NCBI GenBank assembly: GCA_044229145.1
Contig: JBGATO010000005.1
Span: forward strand, 36,399 to 100,398
DNA length: 64,000 nucleotides
Direction: 5' to 3'
Origin: Candidatus Eiseniibacteriota bacterium
Lineage (GTDB): Bacteria > Eisenbacteria > RBG-16-71-46 > CAZEPH01
Part shown: positions 41,649 through 52,215 of the stretch, piece by piece
Numbering within the stretch: position 1 is the stretch's first letter
Layout: every line of letters starts with the position of its first letter
The notes under the pieces: generated by a model
The model's database searches: none
What the model was told of the DNA's origin: nothing
Seen by the model: only the letters and a program-made list of their open reading frames with translations
Translations under genes and position numbers: made by a program

Positions 41649-43055
41649 CTAGATATCCGGCGCTTCGTATTTCCGCGCCCACCGCGCGTAGAAGAAGATG
41701 CCGATCGCCGATGCCAGCCCGATCGCCACGAACGGATACCACAACGTGTACGGATGATAGGTGTCCCACAGCAGCTTGGTCGCGGCGTTGGCGTCGATGT
41801 GCAGCGCCGACTGCAGCGCCTCCATCGCCTTGGTGCGCTCGACGCCCTGCGCGCCGCCGTGGTCGGCAAGGTAGCGCAACGCCAGGTTCGCCTTGTCGCC
41901 CTTCTGGTCGTAGATCTGGCCAGCCATGAAGGAGCCGTACGCCCAGCCGATCGCCGTCGGCATGTTGGCGTAGCCCATGTAGAGCGCCTTCTGCCCTTCC
42001 GGCGCGATCACGCCGAGGTAGTCGTTCATCTTCGGGCACAACCAGCCCGACATCGTGAAGCCGCACACCAACAGCCCGACCGACGACACCACGATGCCCC
42101 AGAAGATCGACGACACGCGCCGCATCCGCGACACCATGTGCGAGATCCACACGACCAGCAGGATGATGAGACCAGAGTCGAGGTTGATCATCCACTCCTG
42201 CGTCACCATGGTGCCGCGCGACGTCGCGGCGGTGAATGCCGGTCCGAGGTGCAGCGCCTGCACCACCGCCCGCGAGTCCACCCAGTCGACGATGAAGTTC
42301 GGCAGCATGTCGAACAGCTGCATGAACATCAGCCAGAAGCCGGCCATGATGAGGATGAACACGAACAGGCGCGGCTGCAGCAGGTTCCGGAAGGTGATCG
42401 CCACGATGTGCCAGAAGCCGCCGCGCTGCTCGCCGCCGGCCGGCACGTGCGGATACGTGAACAACATCAGCAGGTTGAGCGACACGATCACCGCGCACCC
42501 GTAGAACACCACCGGCCACGAGTAGCCGTACAGATAGTGCGCGAGGGGCGGCCCGAGGAATCCGCCGATGTTGACGAGCATGTAGAACATGCCCCAGCCC
42601 ACCGACGAATTATCCCGGCGCAACGTGCGCAGGAGCGTGCCCTGGACGCCCGGCTTGAAGATCGCCGTGCCGAAGGCGAGCGTCAGACAGCCGAAGGTAA
42701 ACGGCCACAACTCGCGCTGGGTGGCCATCAAGAGATAACCGGCCATCTTGATGACGATCGACACGGCAATCGTCGGCTTGTAGCCGAAACGGTCCGCGAA
42801 CCCGCCGCTGAAGATCGGCACGCCGGTCTGCACCAGCGCCCACAACATGAGGATGGTGCCCTTCTGCGTCTGCGAGAAGTGCAGCCCGCCGATCTCGTCG
42901 GCTTGCGCGATGTAGATCGGGATGACGACGCGGACGCCATAGTAGGCGAGCCGTTCGAGCATCTCCATCAGGTTGACCATCCAGAACGCACGCGGCAGCT
43001 CGGCGAGCTGCGCCCACATGCCGTGGCGTTCCGCCGCCACTGCCGTCTCGCTCAC
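41649..43055 (-). CDS. MFS transporter, POT/PTR-like (possible internal in-frame deletion)
   Basis: EMLERLAYYG (ExxER), GGFADRFGYK, FKP, FYMLVNIGGF; GGAGG RBS before GTG. Confidence 0.85.
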   Translation of the reverse strand: MSETAVAAERHGMWAQLAELPRAFWMVNLMEMLERLAYYGVRVVIPIYIAQADEIGGLHFSQTQKGTILMLWALVQTGVPIFSGGFADRFGYKPTIAVSIVIKMAGYLLMATQRELWPFTFGCLTLAFGTAIFKPGVQGTLLRTLRRDNSSVGWGMFYMLVNIGGFLGPPLAHYLYGYSWPVVFYGCAVIVSLNLLMLFTYPHVPAGGEQRGGFWHIVAITFRNLLQPRLFVFILIMAGFWLMFMQLFDMLPNFIVDWVDSRAVVQALHLGPAFTAATSRGTMVTQEWMINLDSGLIILLVVWISHMVSRMRRVSSIFWGIVVSSVGLLVCGFTMSGWLCPKMNDYLGVIAPEGQKALYMGYANMPTAIGWAYGSFMAGQIYDQKGDKANLALRYLADHGGAQGVERTKAMEALQSALHIDANAATKLLWDTYHPYTLWYPFVAIGLASAIGIFFYARWARKYEAPDI

Positions 43056-44272
43056 GATGCCACCTCCGCGCCCCGCGCCTTGTACGCCGCCAAGCCGGCG
43101 ACGAACGCCGCCATCGCCCGCCGCAGCTTCGCCTCCTCGAGCACGTACGCCAACCGCACTTCGTCGCGCCCGAGGCCAGGCGTCGCGTAGAACCCGTCGA
43201 GCGGCGCCACCATCACCGTTTCGCCGTCCAGCGCGAAGTCACGCAGCAGGAACTCGGCGAAGGCGTTGGCGTCGTCCACCGGCAGCTTCGCGCAAATGTA
43301 GAACGCGCCTTCGGGGCAGCGCACCGTCACGCCGGGCACCGCGCTCAGCGCCTCGTACACGACGTCCCGGCGATGCTGGTACTCGCGCATGACGTCGGCG
43401 GTGTAGCTCGCTGGCACCTCGGTGAGCGCGGTGCAGGCGAACTGTTCGATGGTCGGCGGACAGAGGCGCGCCTGCCCAAAGCGCATCACGGCGTCCATGA
43501 ACGCGCGGTTGCGGCTGACGATGTTGCCGATGCGCGCGCCGCACAACGAGTACCGCTTCGAGACACTGTCGACGACGATGACGTGCTCTTCGAGGCCGGT
43601 GAGTTGCAACACCGAGCGGTGCGTCGCGCCGTCGTACACGAACTCGCGATACACTTCGTCGGCGATGAGATACAGCCCGCGCGCGCGGCAGATGTCGGCG
43701 AGCATGTCGATCTCGTCGTCGCGATACACCGTGCCAGTCGGATTGTTCGGCGAGCAGATGAGGATGGCCTTGGTGCGCGGCCCGATCGCGGCCTCGATCG
43801 CGGCGCGCGACGGCAGGTGGTAGCCGTCTTCGGCGCGGGTGGCCACCGGGCGGGGCGTGACGCCGAGCATCGACGTGAAGCCGTTGTAGTTGGTGTAGAA
43901 CGGCTCGAACACGAGGATCTCGTCGCCGGCGTCGCACAGGATGCCGACGGTGAAGAGGATCGCCTCACTGCCGGCGGTGGTGACGAAGATGTCGCCGGGG
44001 TCGAGCGCCACGCCGAGCCGGCCGTAGTAGGTACGCAACGCCTCGACGAACTCCGGCAACCCTTGCGACGGCCCGTACGGCACGTACGGTTCGCGATACT
44101 GCGCCAGCCGCGCCAGGATCTCCGGGGGCGTCGCGATGTCGGGCTGGCCGATGTTGAGCGCGTAGACCGTCTTGCCGGCAGCCCGCGCGGCAACGGCGAA
44201 CGGCGCCAGCCGGCGGATCGGCGACGCCGGCATCGCGGCGGCGCGGTGCGACAGCGGAAGTGTGTGGGACAT
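43052..44272 (-). CDS. Class I PLP-dependent (aspartate-type) aminotransferase
   Basis: LNIGQPD, SPNNPTG, ADEVYREF, DSVSKRYSLCGARIG. Confidence 0.93.
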   Translation of the reverse strand: MSHTLPLSHRAAAMPASPIRRLAPFAVAARAAGKTVYALNIGQPDIATPPEILARLAQYREPYVPYGPSQGLPEFVEALRTYYGRLGVALDPGDIFVTTAGSEAILFTVGILCDAGDEILVFEPFYTNYNGFTSMLGVTPRPVATRAEDGYHLPSRAAIEAAIGPRTKAILICSPNNPTGTVYRDDEIDMLADICRARGLYLIADEVYREFVYDGATHRSVLQLTGLEEHVIVVDSVSKRYSLCGARIGNIVSRNRAFMDAVMRFGQARLCPPTIEQFACTALTEVPASYTADVMREYQHRRDVVYEALSAVPGVTVRCPEGAFYICAKLPVDDANAFAEFLLRDFALDGETVMVAPLDGFYATPGLGRDEVRLAYVLEEAKLRRAMAAFVAGLAAYKARGAEVAS

Positions 44273-44345
44273 GACATCCTCCGACCCAAGCGTGGCGCTC
44301 CGCTCGCGGCGCGGGCACCACACGCGCGACGCGAAGCAGCCGAGT

Positions 44346-47300
44346 CTATCCTACCCGAGCTTCGCCAGGACCGCATCCCGGCTTGTAGATGACGCCGTGC
44401 GTGCGCCGGCCGTCCATCGCCACCTGCACCGGCACGTCGAGCCGCAGCAGCCGCAGCCAGCGTGTCTCCGCCACCGCCGGTTGTGCGCGCAGCCACGCCC
44501 AGTCGACGAAGCCTTCCCCCGCGTCCGCGTTGACCGTGAAATAGCCGACGCGAAATGCGGTGAGATTCTGGAAGAAGTGACTGCCCTGCGACGGGGTCAC
44601 GATGAGATCGCGCAGCCCGGTTTCGACGATGGCCCGCGCGCCGGCGATCTCGTCCCAGCGCACCGGGATCCCCAGCCACGGATCGGTCGAGCCTAGACGC
44701 CCGACCGCGATCAGCAGGTACGGCCGCCCCTCATCGAGCAGCCGGGTATTGAACTGCGCGATCTCCTGGGCGACCTCGCGGCTGCGCGCCCGTTCGAAGC
44801 GCTCGCGGTCCACCACCAGGATGTCACGCACGCCGTCGATACGACCATTGCCGAGCACGCGCGGACTGCGCACCACCAGGGCCGCGTCGTCCACGTCGTG
44901 GAGACGCTCTACCTGCTGCTCGCCGCGCAGCACCAGCGGACGCATCTGCAGGAATCCGAATTCCGGTGGCATGCCAGGAACTGGCGACGTGCGCACCGCG
45001 AACTCGATCTCCACCGGCCGCCGCATGCCGGCCGCCCCGATCTCCAACAAGAAATCGACGATTTCGGCGAGTGGGAACACGCGATGCTTGAGCACCGGCG
45101 CGAACGTCACCAGTCGCGGGCCGGTCCGCCACGTGCCGTCGGCGATCGCATGATTCTCCCGCACGTAGGTCGACGCGAGACTGTGCAACGTGCCGTCGCG
45201 CTCGGCCGCGGCGAGATCGAAACGCGCCTCGCGCCACGCCACCTCGGCATCGGGATCCGGCGCCCCGGCGCGCTCGCTGCCTGCCTCGAGGTCGATCGCC
45301 CAGAATTCGTGCTGCGAGGCGTCGAGAATATCGTCGACGCTCGAGCGTTCGAGCGAATGGTGCGGATAGCGCGGACAAAAGCTGATGCACCGCTCCCCCG
45401 CCACCACCGCGCGGCCGAGGCCGAGCGCCACCGCGGCGATGCCGTCCTCCGCGGTCGCCGGGGGCGAGGGATAGAAGTTGTAGGAACGCGCCACGCCGCT
45501 GATGTCGGGATAGAAACGCGTCGCATGCGTCGCGCCGACCACCTGCTGCAAGATCACCGCCATCTTCTCTTCTTCGAGCCGGTATGGCGTCGCGCGCACG
45601 TAGGCTTTCGCCTGTTGCATGAACGTCGAGGCGTAGACGCGGAGGATCGCCTGCTCGAGTTCCGCCACGCGCTGCGCGGGATCCGGATCGCGATTGGCGA
45701 GCATGCAGGTGTCGTAGACACCGGTGAACGGCTGGTACTGCGAATCCTCGAGCAAACTCGACGACCGCACCGCGAGCGGACACGTCACGCGCTCGACGAA
45801 CACCGCGAGGTCGGCACGCACGTCCTCGGGCAGCCGCGCCGCGAGGAACCGTTCGAGCAAGAGGCGATCGTCGGTGGTGCTGAGTGCCCACTCGCGCAGC
45901 TGATTCATCTCGAGCACGCGGTCGAACACGTCGGTGGCGAGCACGACACTCGGCGGCACCCGCAACGCGATACCGGGGAACCGCCGCCGCGCCTCCTCGG
46001 CCTCGAGCAAGTACCGCGCGAACGCCAACCCGCGTGCCTTGCCTCCCAGCGAGCCGCGTCCGATGCGCGCGAAGTAGCCGAGCGCCGGATCGAACTGCGC
46101 GCGATCGAACGGCACGATGCGCGATTCGATCTGTGCGTGACGATGCTCGACGATGGCGGCGATCAATTCGTCGCGCAAGTGCTCGAGCGTCGGGTAGTCG
46201 CTCACCCGCCGCGGCCGCAACCGGTGCGCGAGCTCGAACTCGGTGCGCGCGATGAACCAGTTCGAGAAGTGATTGCGTTCGCCGTGGTAGGCGATGCTCT
46301 CGGCCGGCACCGTGCGCAACTTTTCCTCGAGCGTGCGGAGGTCGTGTGCGTGGTCCACCGCACTGCCGTCGGGAAGTCGGAAGACGAAGTCGCCGAGCGC
46401 GAAGTGCTCGACCATGAACTGGCTCAATTCCGTGAGCAGCGTCTCCGAACCCTTGCGCAGGAACGACACGCCGAGTGTCGCCGCGCGCTCCGCATGCGCG
46501 GCGCGGCTCGAATGCAGCAACACCGGCAAGTCGGGCACGAAGGCCCGCGTCATTTCGGCGAGCGAGAAGCCGGCCTCGCGGTCGAGCGCGCCGTCGCGTG
46601 GGAACTCGACGTCCGACACCACGCCGAGCGCGTGGTCGCGATACCGCGTGAACAAATCCCACGCCTCCTCGAACGAGCGGCAGAGCAGGATCTTCGGCCG
46701 CGCGCGCAGCCGCAACAACAGGTGGGCGTAGTTGACGCTCTCGCCCAGCAGCCGTTCGCTCTGGGTGATGAGTTCGGTGTAGATGGCGGGCAGGAACGAC
46801 GAGTAGTAGCGCACGTTGTCTTCGACCACCAGCAGCACGCGCACGTCGGTGGCGGCGGTGTCGGAGGCGACGTTGCGGTGATCTTCGACACTGTGCACGA
46901 TCGCCGACAAGATGCGTGCGTCACCCTGCCACAGAAAGATGCCGGCGAGCCGCGAGACATCGTGGGTCCGCAGGAAGTCGCGCAATTCTTCGTCATCGTA
47001 GGCGAGCAACACCACCGGCACGTCGAGGCTGCGGGCGGCCAGCTGCTCGGCGAGTTCGGTGGCGTCCATGTCGCCGGGATCGAGCGACGCGATGATCAAG
47101 TTGAAGCGCGGCTCCCGTCCGACGCGCGCGAGCGCCTCGGCGCCGCTGGCGACGTGCGTGATGCCGGGGCCGTGGTAGAAGTCGGCGTCGACCAAGTGCC
47201 CGAGCAGCATGTCGCCGAGCGTGCCGTCCTCCTGCAGGGCGAAGGCGTCGTAGAGACTCGACACCAGCAAGATGTCCTGCACGCGGTAGGGCATGAGGTC

Positions 47301-47354
47301 TTGGAAGGCTTGAAACGGCCGGTGGCCACCGGCGGCGCGGGTGTGGCTCGCCAT
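44346..47354 (-). CDS. Receiver-like domains fused to PEP synthase/PPDK N-terminal (ATP-grasp) domain
   Basis: ILLVSSLYD and LLVVEDN receiver-like folds; GSLGGKARGL, PLAVRSSSLLED, EKMAVILQ, GLG..VV, VEIEFA, LQMRP; no His-swivel motif seen. Confidence 0.88.
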   Translation of the reverse strand: MASHTRAAGGHRPFQAFQDLMPYRVQDILLVSSLYDAFALQEDGTLGDMLLGHLVDADFYHGPGITHVASGAEALARVGREPRFNLIIASLDPGDMDATELAEQLAARSLDVPVVLLAYDDEELRDFLRTHDVSRLAGIFLWQGDARILSAIVHSVEDHRNVASDTAATDVRVLLVVEDNVRYYSSFLPAIYTELITQSERLLGESVNYAHLLLRLRARPKILLCRSFEEAWDLFTRYRDHALGVVSDVEFPRDGALDREAGFSLAEMTRAFVPDLPVLLHSSRAAHAERAATLGVSFLRKGSETLLTELSQFMVEHFALGDFVFRLPDGSAVDHAHDLRTLEEKLRTVPAESIAYHGERNHFSNWFIARTEFELAHRLRPRRVSDYPTLEHLRDELIAAIVEHRHAQIESRIVPFDRAQFDPALGYFARIGRGSLGGKARGLAFARYLLEAEEARRRFPGIALRVPPSVVLATDVFDRVLEMNQLREWALSTTDDRLLLERFLAARLPEDVRADLAVFVERVTCPLAVRSSSLLEDSQYQPFTGVYDTCMLANRDPDPAQRVAELEQAILRVYASTFMQQAKAYVRATPYRLEEEKMAVILQQVVGATHATRFYPDISGVARSYNFYPSPPATAEDGIAAVALGLGRAVVAGERCISFCPRYPHHSLERSSVDDILDASQHEFWAIDLEAGSERAGAPDPDAEVAWREARFDLAAAERDGTLHSLASTYVRENHAIADGTWRTGPRLVTFAPVLKHRVFPLAEIVDFLLEIGAAGMRRPVEIEFAVRTSPVPGMPPEFGFLQMRPLVLRGEQQVERLHDVDDAALVVRSPRVLGNGRIDGVRDILVVDRERFERARSREVAQEIAQFNTRLLDEGRPYLLIAVGRLGSTDPWLGIPVRWDEIAGARAIVETGLRDLIVTPSQGSHFFQNLTAFRVGYFTVNADAGEGFVDWAWLRAQPAVAETRWLRLLRLDVPVQVAMDGRRTHGVIYKPGCGPGEARVG

Positions 47355-47426
47355 CGTTCCTCTCAACACATCGCGGGGCGGAGTCGCCTCCGCCCCGCGC
47401 TGGTCACTGCCGTGTGTGGCGTCTGA

Positions 47427-48950
<1,524 letters not shown>

Positions 48951-49047
48951 TCACCGCGCGTCGGGAGCGAATGCGGGCATTGTCGCATCCGGTCTCGGGG
49001 CTGTCACGCTCGACCTTGGGCGTCTGCTACTTCAGTCGAGGTCCGCT

Positions 49048-49074
49048 GGAACCTGGCGGCGGCTCGCGGCCTCT
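49048..49074 (+). promoter_or_regulatory. Putative ECF sigma promoter GGAACC-N16-CCTCT
   Basis: Same motif as 15300-15326; ~125 nt upstream of a lipoprotein gene. Confidence 0.55.
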
Positions 49075-49199
49075 CATCGTCTGGCTCCGCGGGACGTCCC
49101 CGAGCCCTCCCCACCCCAAGCGCTCCCCGCGCAACGGTCGAACCGTCCGACACCCGCAGACCCTCGCTGCGGAGCGTCCCGGTTCCAGAGGAGATTGCC

Positions 49200-50006
49200 A
49201 TGTCGATTCGCCCGACCTCCGCCGCGTGTGCCGCGGCGCTCGCGCTCGCCGCCTTCGCCGGCTTCACCGGATGCACCGACTCGCTGTCGTCCGGGTCACG
49301 CGGGACGGTGCAAGTGCGCATGACCGACTCGCCCGCCGACTTCGACGCCGTGAACGTGGTCATCACGGAGGTGCAGTTGCACCAGGCCGGCGCGCCCGAC
49401 TCATCCGGCTGGGAGACCATCAAGCGCGACAGCACGCAGTACGACCTGTTGCAGCTGCGCAACGGCGTGTTCACGACGCTCGGGATCGGCTCCGTGCCGG
49501 CAGGGCGCTACACCCAGCTCCGCCTGGTGCTCGGCAGCGGCTCGCACGTCGTGGTGGCGGGCGTGCCGATCGCGCTCACGCTCAGCAGCGAGGCGCAGAC
49601 CGGCCTCAAGATCAACGGCACGTGGGAGGTGACGGCTGGTGAGACGCTCAACCTCGGCCTGGACTTCGATGCCGGCCGGTCGATCACCCTCACCGGCGTC
49701 GGCCACTACATGCTGCGTCCGGTGGTGCGCGTGGTGTCGATGGACGCCGCTGGCTCGATCAGCGGAACGGTGTCGGCCGGAGGCGGGGCGGCCACCGTCA
49801 CCGCGATGCAGGGCAGCACCGTCGTCGCGTCCACGGAGACGGGAGCCGACGGACGCTTCACGCTGAGCGCGCTGCCCAGCGGGACGTACTCTCTGGCGCT
49901 GGACGCCAGCTTGGTCGCCTATCGCGACAGCACGATCGCCGGCGTGGTCGTCCAGGCGCGTTCCACGACGCAGGTCGGCGTGTGCGCCCTGCCGATGGCA
50001 CCGTAG
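49200..50006 (+). CDS. DUF4382-like lipoprotein with C-terminal carboxypeptidase-regulatory-like domain
   Basis: FTGC lipobox, MTDSP..F.AVNV, YDLLQLRNG, G.Y.QLRL, LDFDA.RSI, LRPV. Confidence 0.85.
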   Translation: MSIRPTSAACAAALALAAFAGFTGCTDSLSSGSRGTVQVRMTDSPADFDAVNVVITEVQLHQAGAPDSSGWETIKRDSTQYDLLQLRNGVFTTLGIGSVPAGRYTQLRLVLGSGSHVVVAGVPIALTLSSEAQTGLKINGTWEVTAGETLNLGLDFDAGRSITLTGVGHYMLRPVVRVVSMDAAGSISGTVSAGGGAATVTAMQGSTVVASTETGADGRFTLSALPSGTYSLALDASLVAYRDSTIAGVVVQARSTTQVGVCALPMAP

Positions 50007-50032
50007 CTGCGGCGCGGCCCTACCAGGTAACC

Positions 50033-50068
50033 CCGACGGGGCAGTCCATTGCGGGACTGCCCCGTCGG
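50033..50068. terminator. Hairpin after the DUF4382 gene
   Basis: CCGACGGGGCAGTCC...GGACTGCCCCGTCGG 15-bp inverted repeat. Confidence 0.7.
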
Positions 50069-50211
50069 TCTACCCTGCCCCTACCTCCTCCAGCTAACTA
50101 CCCTCCTCGAACGCGCCGGCGCACTATCGACTTCGGTCGCAGGAGCCGATGAGGTCTCCGGACCGGCCCCGCGGAGCGCGGGGTCACGCCTTCAGCAAAG
50201 GACGGCCGACC

Positions 50212-51411
50212 GTGAGCCACCCCGTCAACATCCCTGGACACCCCTCGTCGATCGACATGCCGATGACCGCTCGGCCCGGCGCCGACTTGCCGCCCAAACT
50301 GCGGCTGGTGTTCTGGGAGTCCACGGCGGGCTGCAACCTGCGCTGCCAGCACTGCCGCCGCATCGACGTCGCCGACGAGCTCATGCCGAACGACCTCAAG
50401 ACCGAGGAAGTCTACCGCATGCTCGACGGCATCGCGCGTGCCGGCCGCCCGATCTTCGTCCTTTCCGGCGGCGAGCCGCTGATGCGCCCCGACGTCTTCG
50501 ACATCGCCCGGTACGCGACCTCGCTCGGCTTGCCGGTGGCGCTCGCCACCAACGGCACGCTGATCGACGAAGAGAAGGCGCGTCTCATCTACGAGAGCGG
50601 CATCCGGCGCGCCTCGATCTCGATCGACGGCGGCGACGCCGCCACGCACGACGGCTTCCGCGGTCTCCCGGGCGCGTTCGAGGCCGCGCTCAACGGCGCG
50701 CGCAATCTCAAGAAGGCCGGCGTCAGCTTCCAGTTCAACGTGACGATCACGCGGCACAACGCCGAGCAGCGCGATGCAATCCACGACCTCGCGGTGCGCG
50801 AGGGCGCCGACGCGATGCACCTGTTCATGCTCGTCCCGGTGGGCTGCGGCATGCAGATCGCCGACACCAACATGCTCTCGCCCGACGAGTACGAGGAGCA
50901 CCTGCGCTGGCTCGCCGACCGCATGGCGGAAGGCAACATGGACATCCGCGCCACCTGCGCGCCGCACTACTTCCGCATCACGCGGCAGCGCGCCAAGGAG
51001 ACCGGACGCCCGATGCCGCTGTCGCCGGAGGCGGTCGACCGTCTCCAGATGGAACCGTCGAAGGCGCGTGAGATGGGCATGAACGCGCACACCAAGGGCT
51101 GCCTCGCCGGCACCGGCGTGGCGTTCGTCTCGCACAAGGGCGAAGTCTTCCCGTGCGGCTACTTCCCGGTCGAGAGCGGGCACCTGCGCCGCGAGAGTTT
51201 CGACGACGTGTGGGCGGACTCGCCGGTGTTCGCACGGCTGCGCGACAATGACAACTTGGGCGGCAAGTGCAATCCGTGCGAGTTCAAGAACGTGTGCGGC
51301 GGCTGCCGCGCCCGCGCCTACAGCATCACGGGCGACTACATGGCCGAGGAGCCGTACTGCACGTACCTCCCGGCGGTGGTCAAGAAGGCCCGCGCGCCGC
51401 TGAGCGTCTAG
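50212..51411 (+). CDS. ahbD: Radical SAM/SPASM heme biosynthesis protein, AhbD-like
   Basis: LRLVFWE..CNLRCQHCR, HLFMLVPVG, TCAPHYFRI, KGCLAGTG, C..CEF..VCGGCRARAY..GDY.AEEP.C. Confidence 0.82.
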   Translation: MSHPVNIPGHPSSIDMPMTARPGADLPPKLRLVFWESTAGCNLRCQHCRRIDVADELMPNDLKTEEVYRMLDGIARAGRPIFVLSGGEPLMRPDVFDIARYATSLGLPVALATNGTLIDEEKARLIYESGIRRASISIDGGDAATHDGFRGLPGAFEAALNGARNLKKAGVSFQFNVTITRHNAEQRDAIHDLAVREGADAMHLFMLVPVGCGMQIADTNMLSPDEYEEHLRWLADRMAEGNMDIRATCAPHYFRITRQRAKETGRPMPLSPEAVDRLQMEPSKAREMGMNAHTKGCLAGTGVAFVSHKGEVFPCGYFPVESGHLRRESFDDVWADSPVFARLRDNDNLGGKCNPCEFKNVCGGCRARAYSITGDYMAEEPYCTYLPAVVKKARAPLSV

Positions 51412-51434
51412 GAATCCTCCCTCCTCTCTGAACG

Positions 51435-51471
51435 GACGGCGCCCTCGGATTCGGGGGCGCCGTCGACTTTT
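51435..51471 (+). terminator. Rho-independent terminator
   Basis: GACGGCGCCCTCG-GATT-CGGGGGCGCCGTC followed by GACTTTT. Confidence 0.65.
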
Positions 51472-51545
51472 GGGGCGCGCCTCTGCCAACCTCGGCCGCG
51501 CGGGCGTCGTCGGAGCAACCGTCCCCACACTTGGAGATCCCCGTC

Positions 51546-52163
51546 ATGCTGCGTGCACTTCTCGGCGCCCTGCTGGGCACTGCTCTCGTCGCCGCTCCGT
51601 GCCTGGCCGCTCCCGATACGCTGGCGGCCGTGCCCGCGGACTCGGCCTCCACGCCCGCCGTCGCGCGTCCCTACTTGCCCATCACCTACGACGATTCGCT
51701 GACCTCGCCCAACACGCACTGCATCGTCAGCGGACTGCATCTGAGCAAACGCATCGCGCCGGTGTACGTAAATGGCCAGCCGATCGGATTCTGCTGAGGC
51801 GGGTGCCCCGGGATCTTCGTGCAAGATCCGGAGACCTATCTCGCGACGCAGGGTCTGGCGTTCTCCTGTCCGGTGGACAGCGGCCGGCCGGCACTCCTCG
51901 CGCGCCCCTCGCGCGTCGACGTGGGACACGATATCTTCTATTGCTCCAGCGCCGCGGCCGCGCGACGATTGCGCGCCGCGCCGTTGCGCTACGTCCACAC
52001 GCTGAGCGATCCGATCACGCACCAGCGATTCGGTGTCACCCGGACGTCGCCGCGGACGCGCTGGAACGGCCGCGCCTACTACTTCGCCACGACGGCGACG
52101 CGGCGCGCGTTCCTCGCCCATCCCGACAGCTTCGCGGTGCGGCGCGGCGAACGCATGCACTGA
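51546..52163 (+). CDS. Exported triple YHS/TRASH-like repeat protein, probable selenoprotein (UGA at 51795-51797 = residue 84)
   Basis: ORFs 51531-51797 and 51819-52163 are in the same frame; read-through gives IGFC-U-GGCPGIFVQDPETY; GGAG RBS and signal peptide at the start; hairpin right after the UGA. Confidence 0.8.
51808..51831 (+). promoter_or_regulatory. Candidate bacterial SECIS element
   Basis: GGATCTT-CGTGC-AAGATCC stem-loop (extendable by two C-G pairs past a bulge); loop has GU at positions 2-3 and starts 20 nt after the UGA. Confidence 0.7.
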
Positions 52164-52215
52164 TATCCTGAACGAAGGACCGGCATGATTCTGTCTCCCC
52201 CGCCGCGCGATCGTC

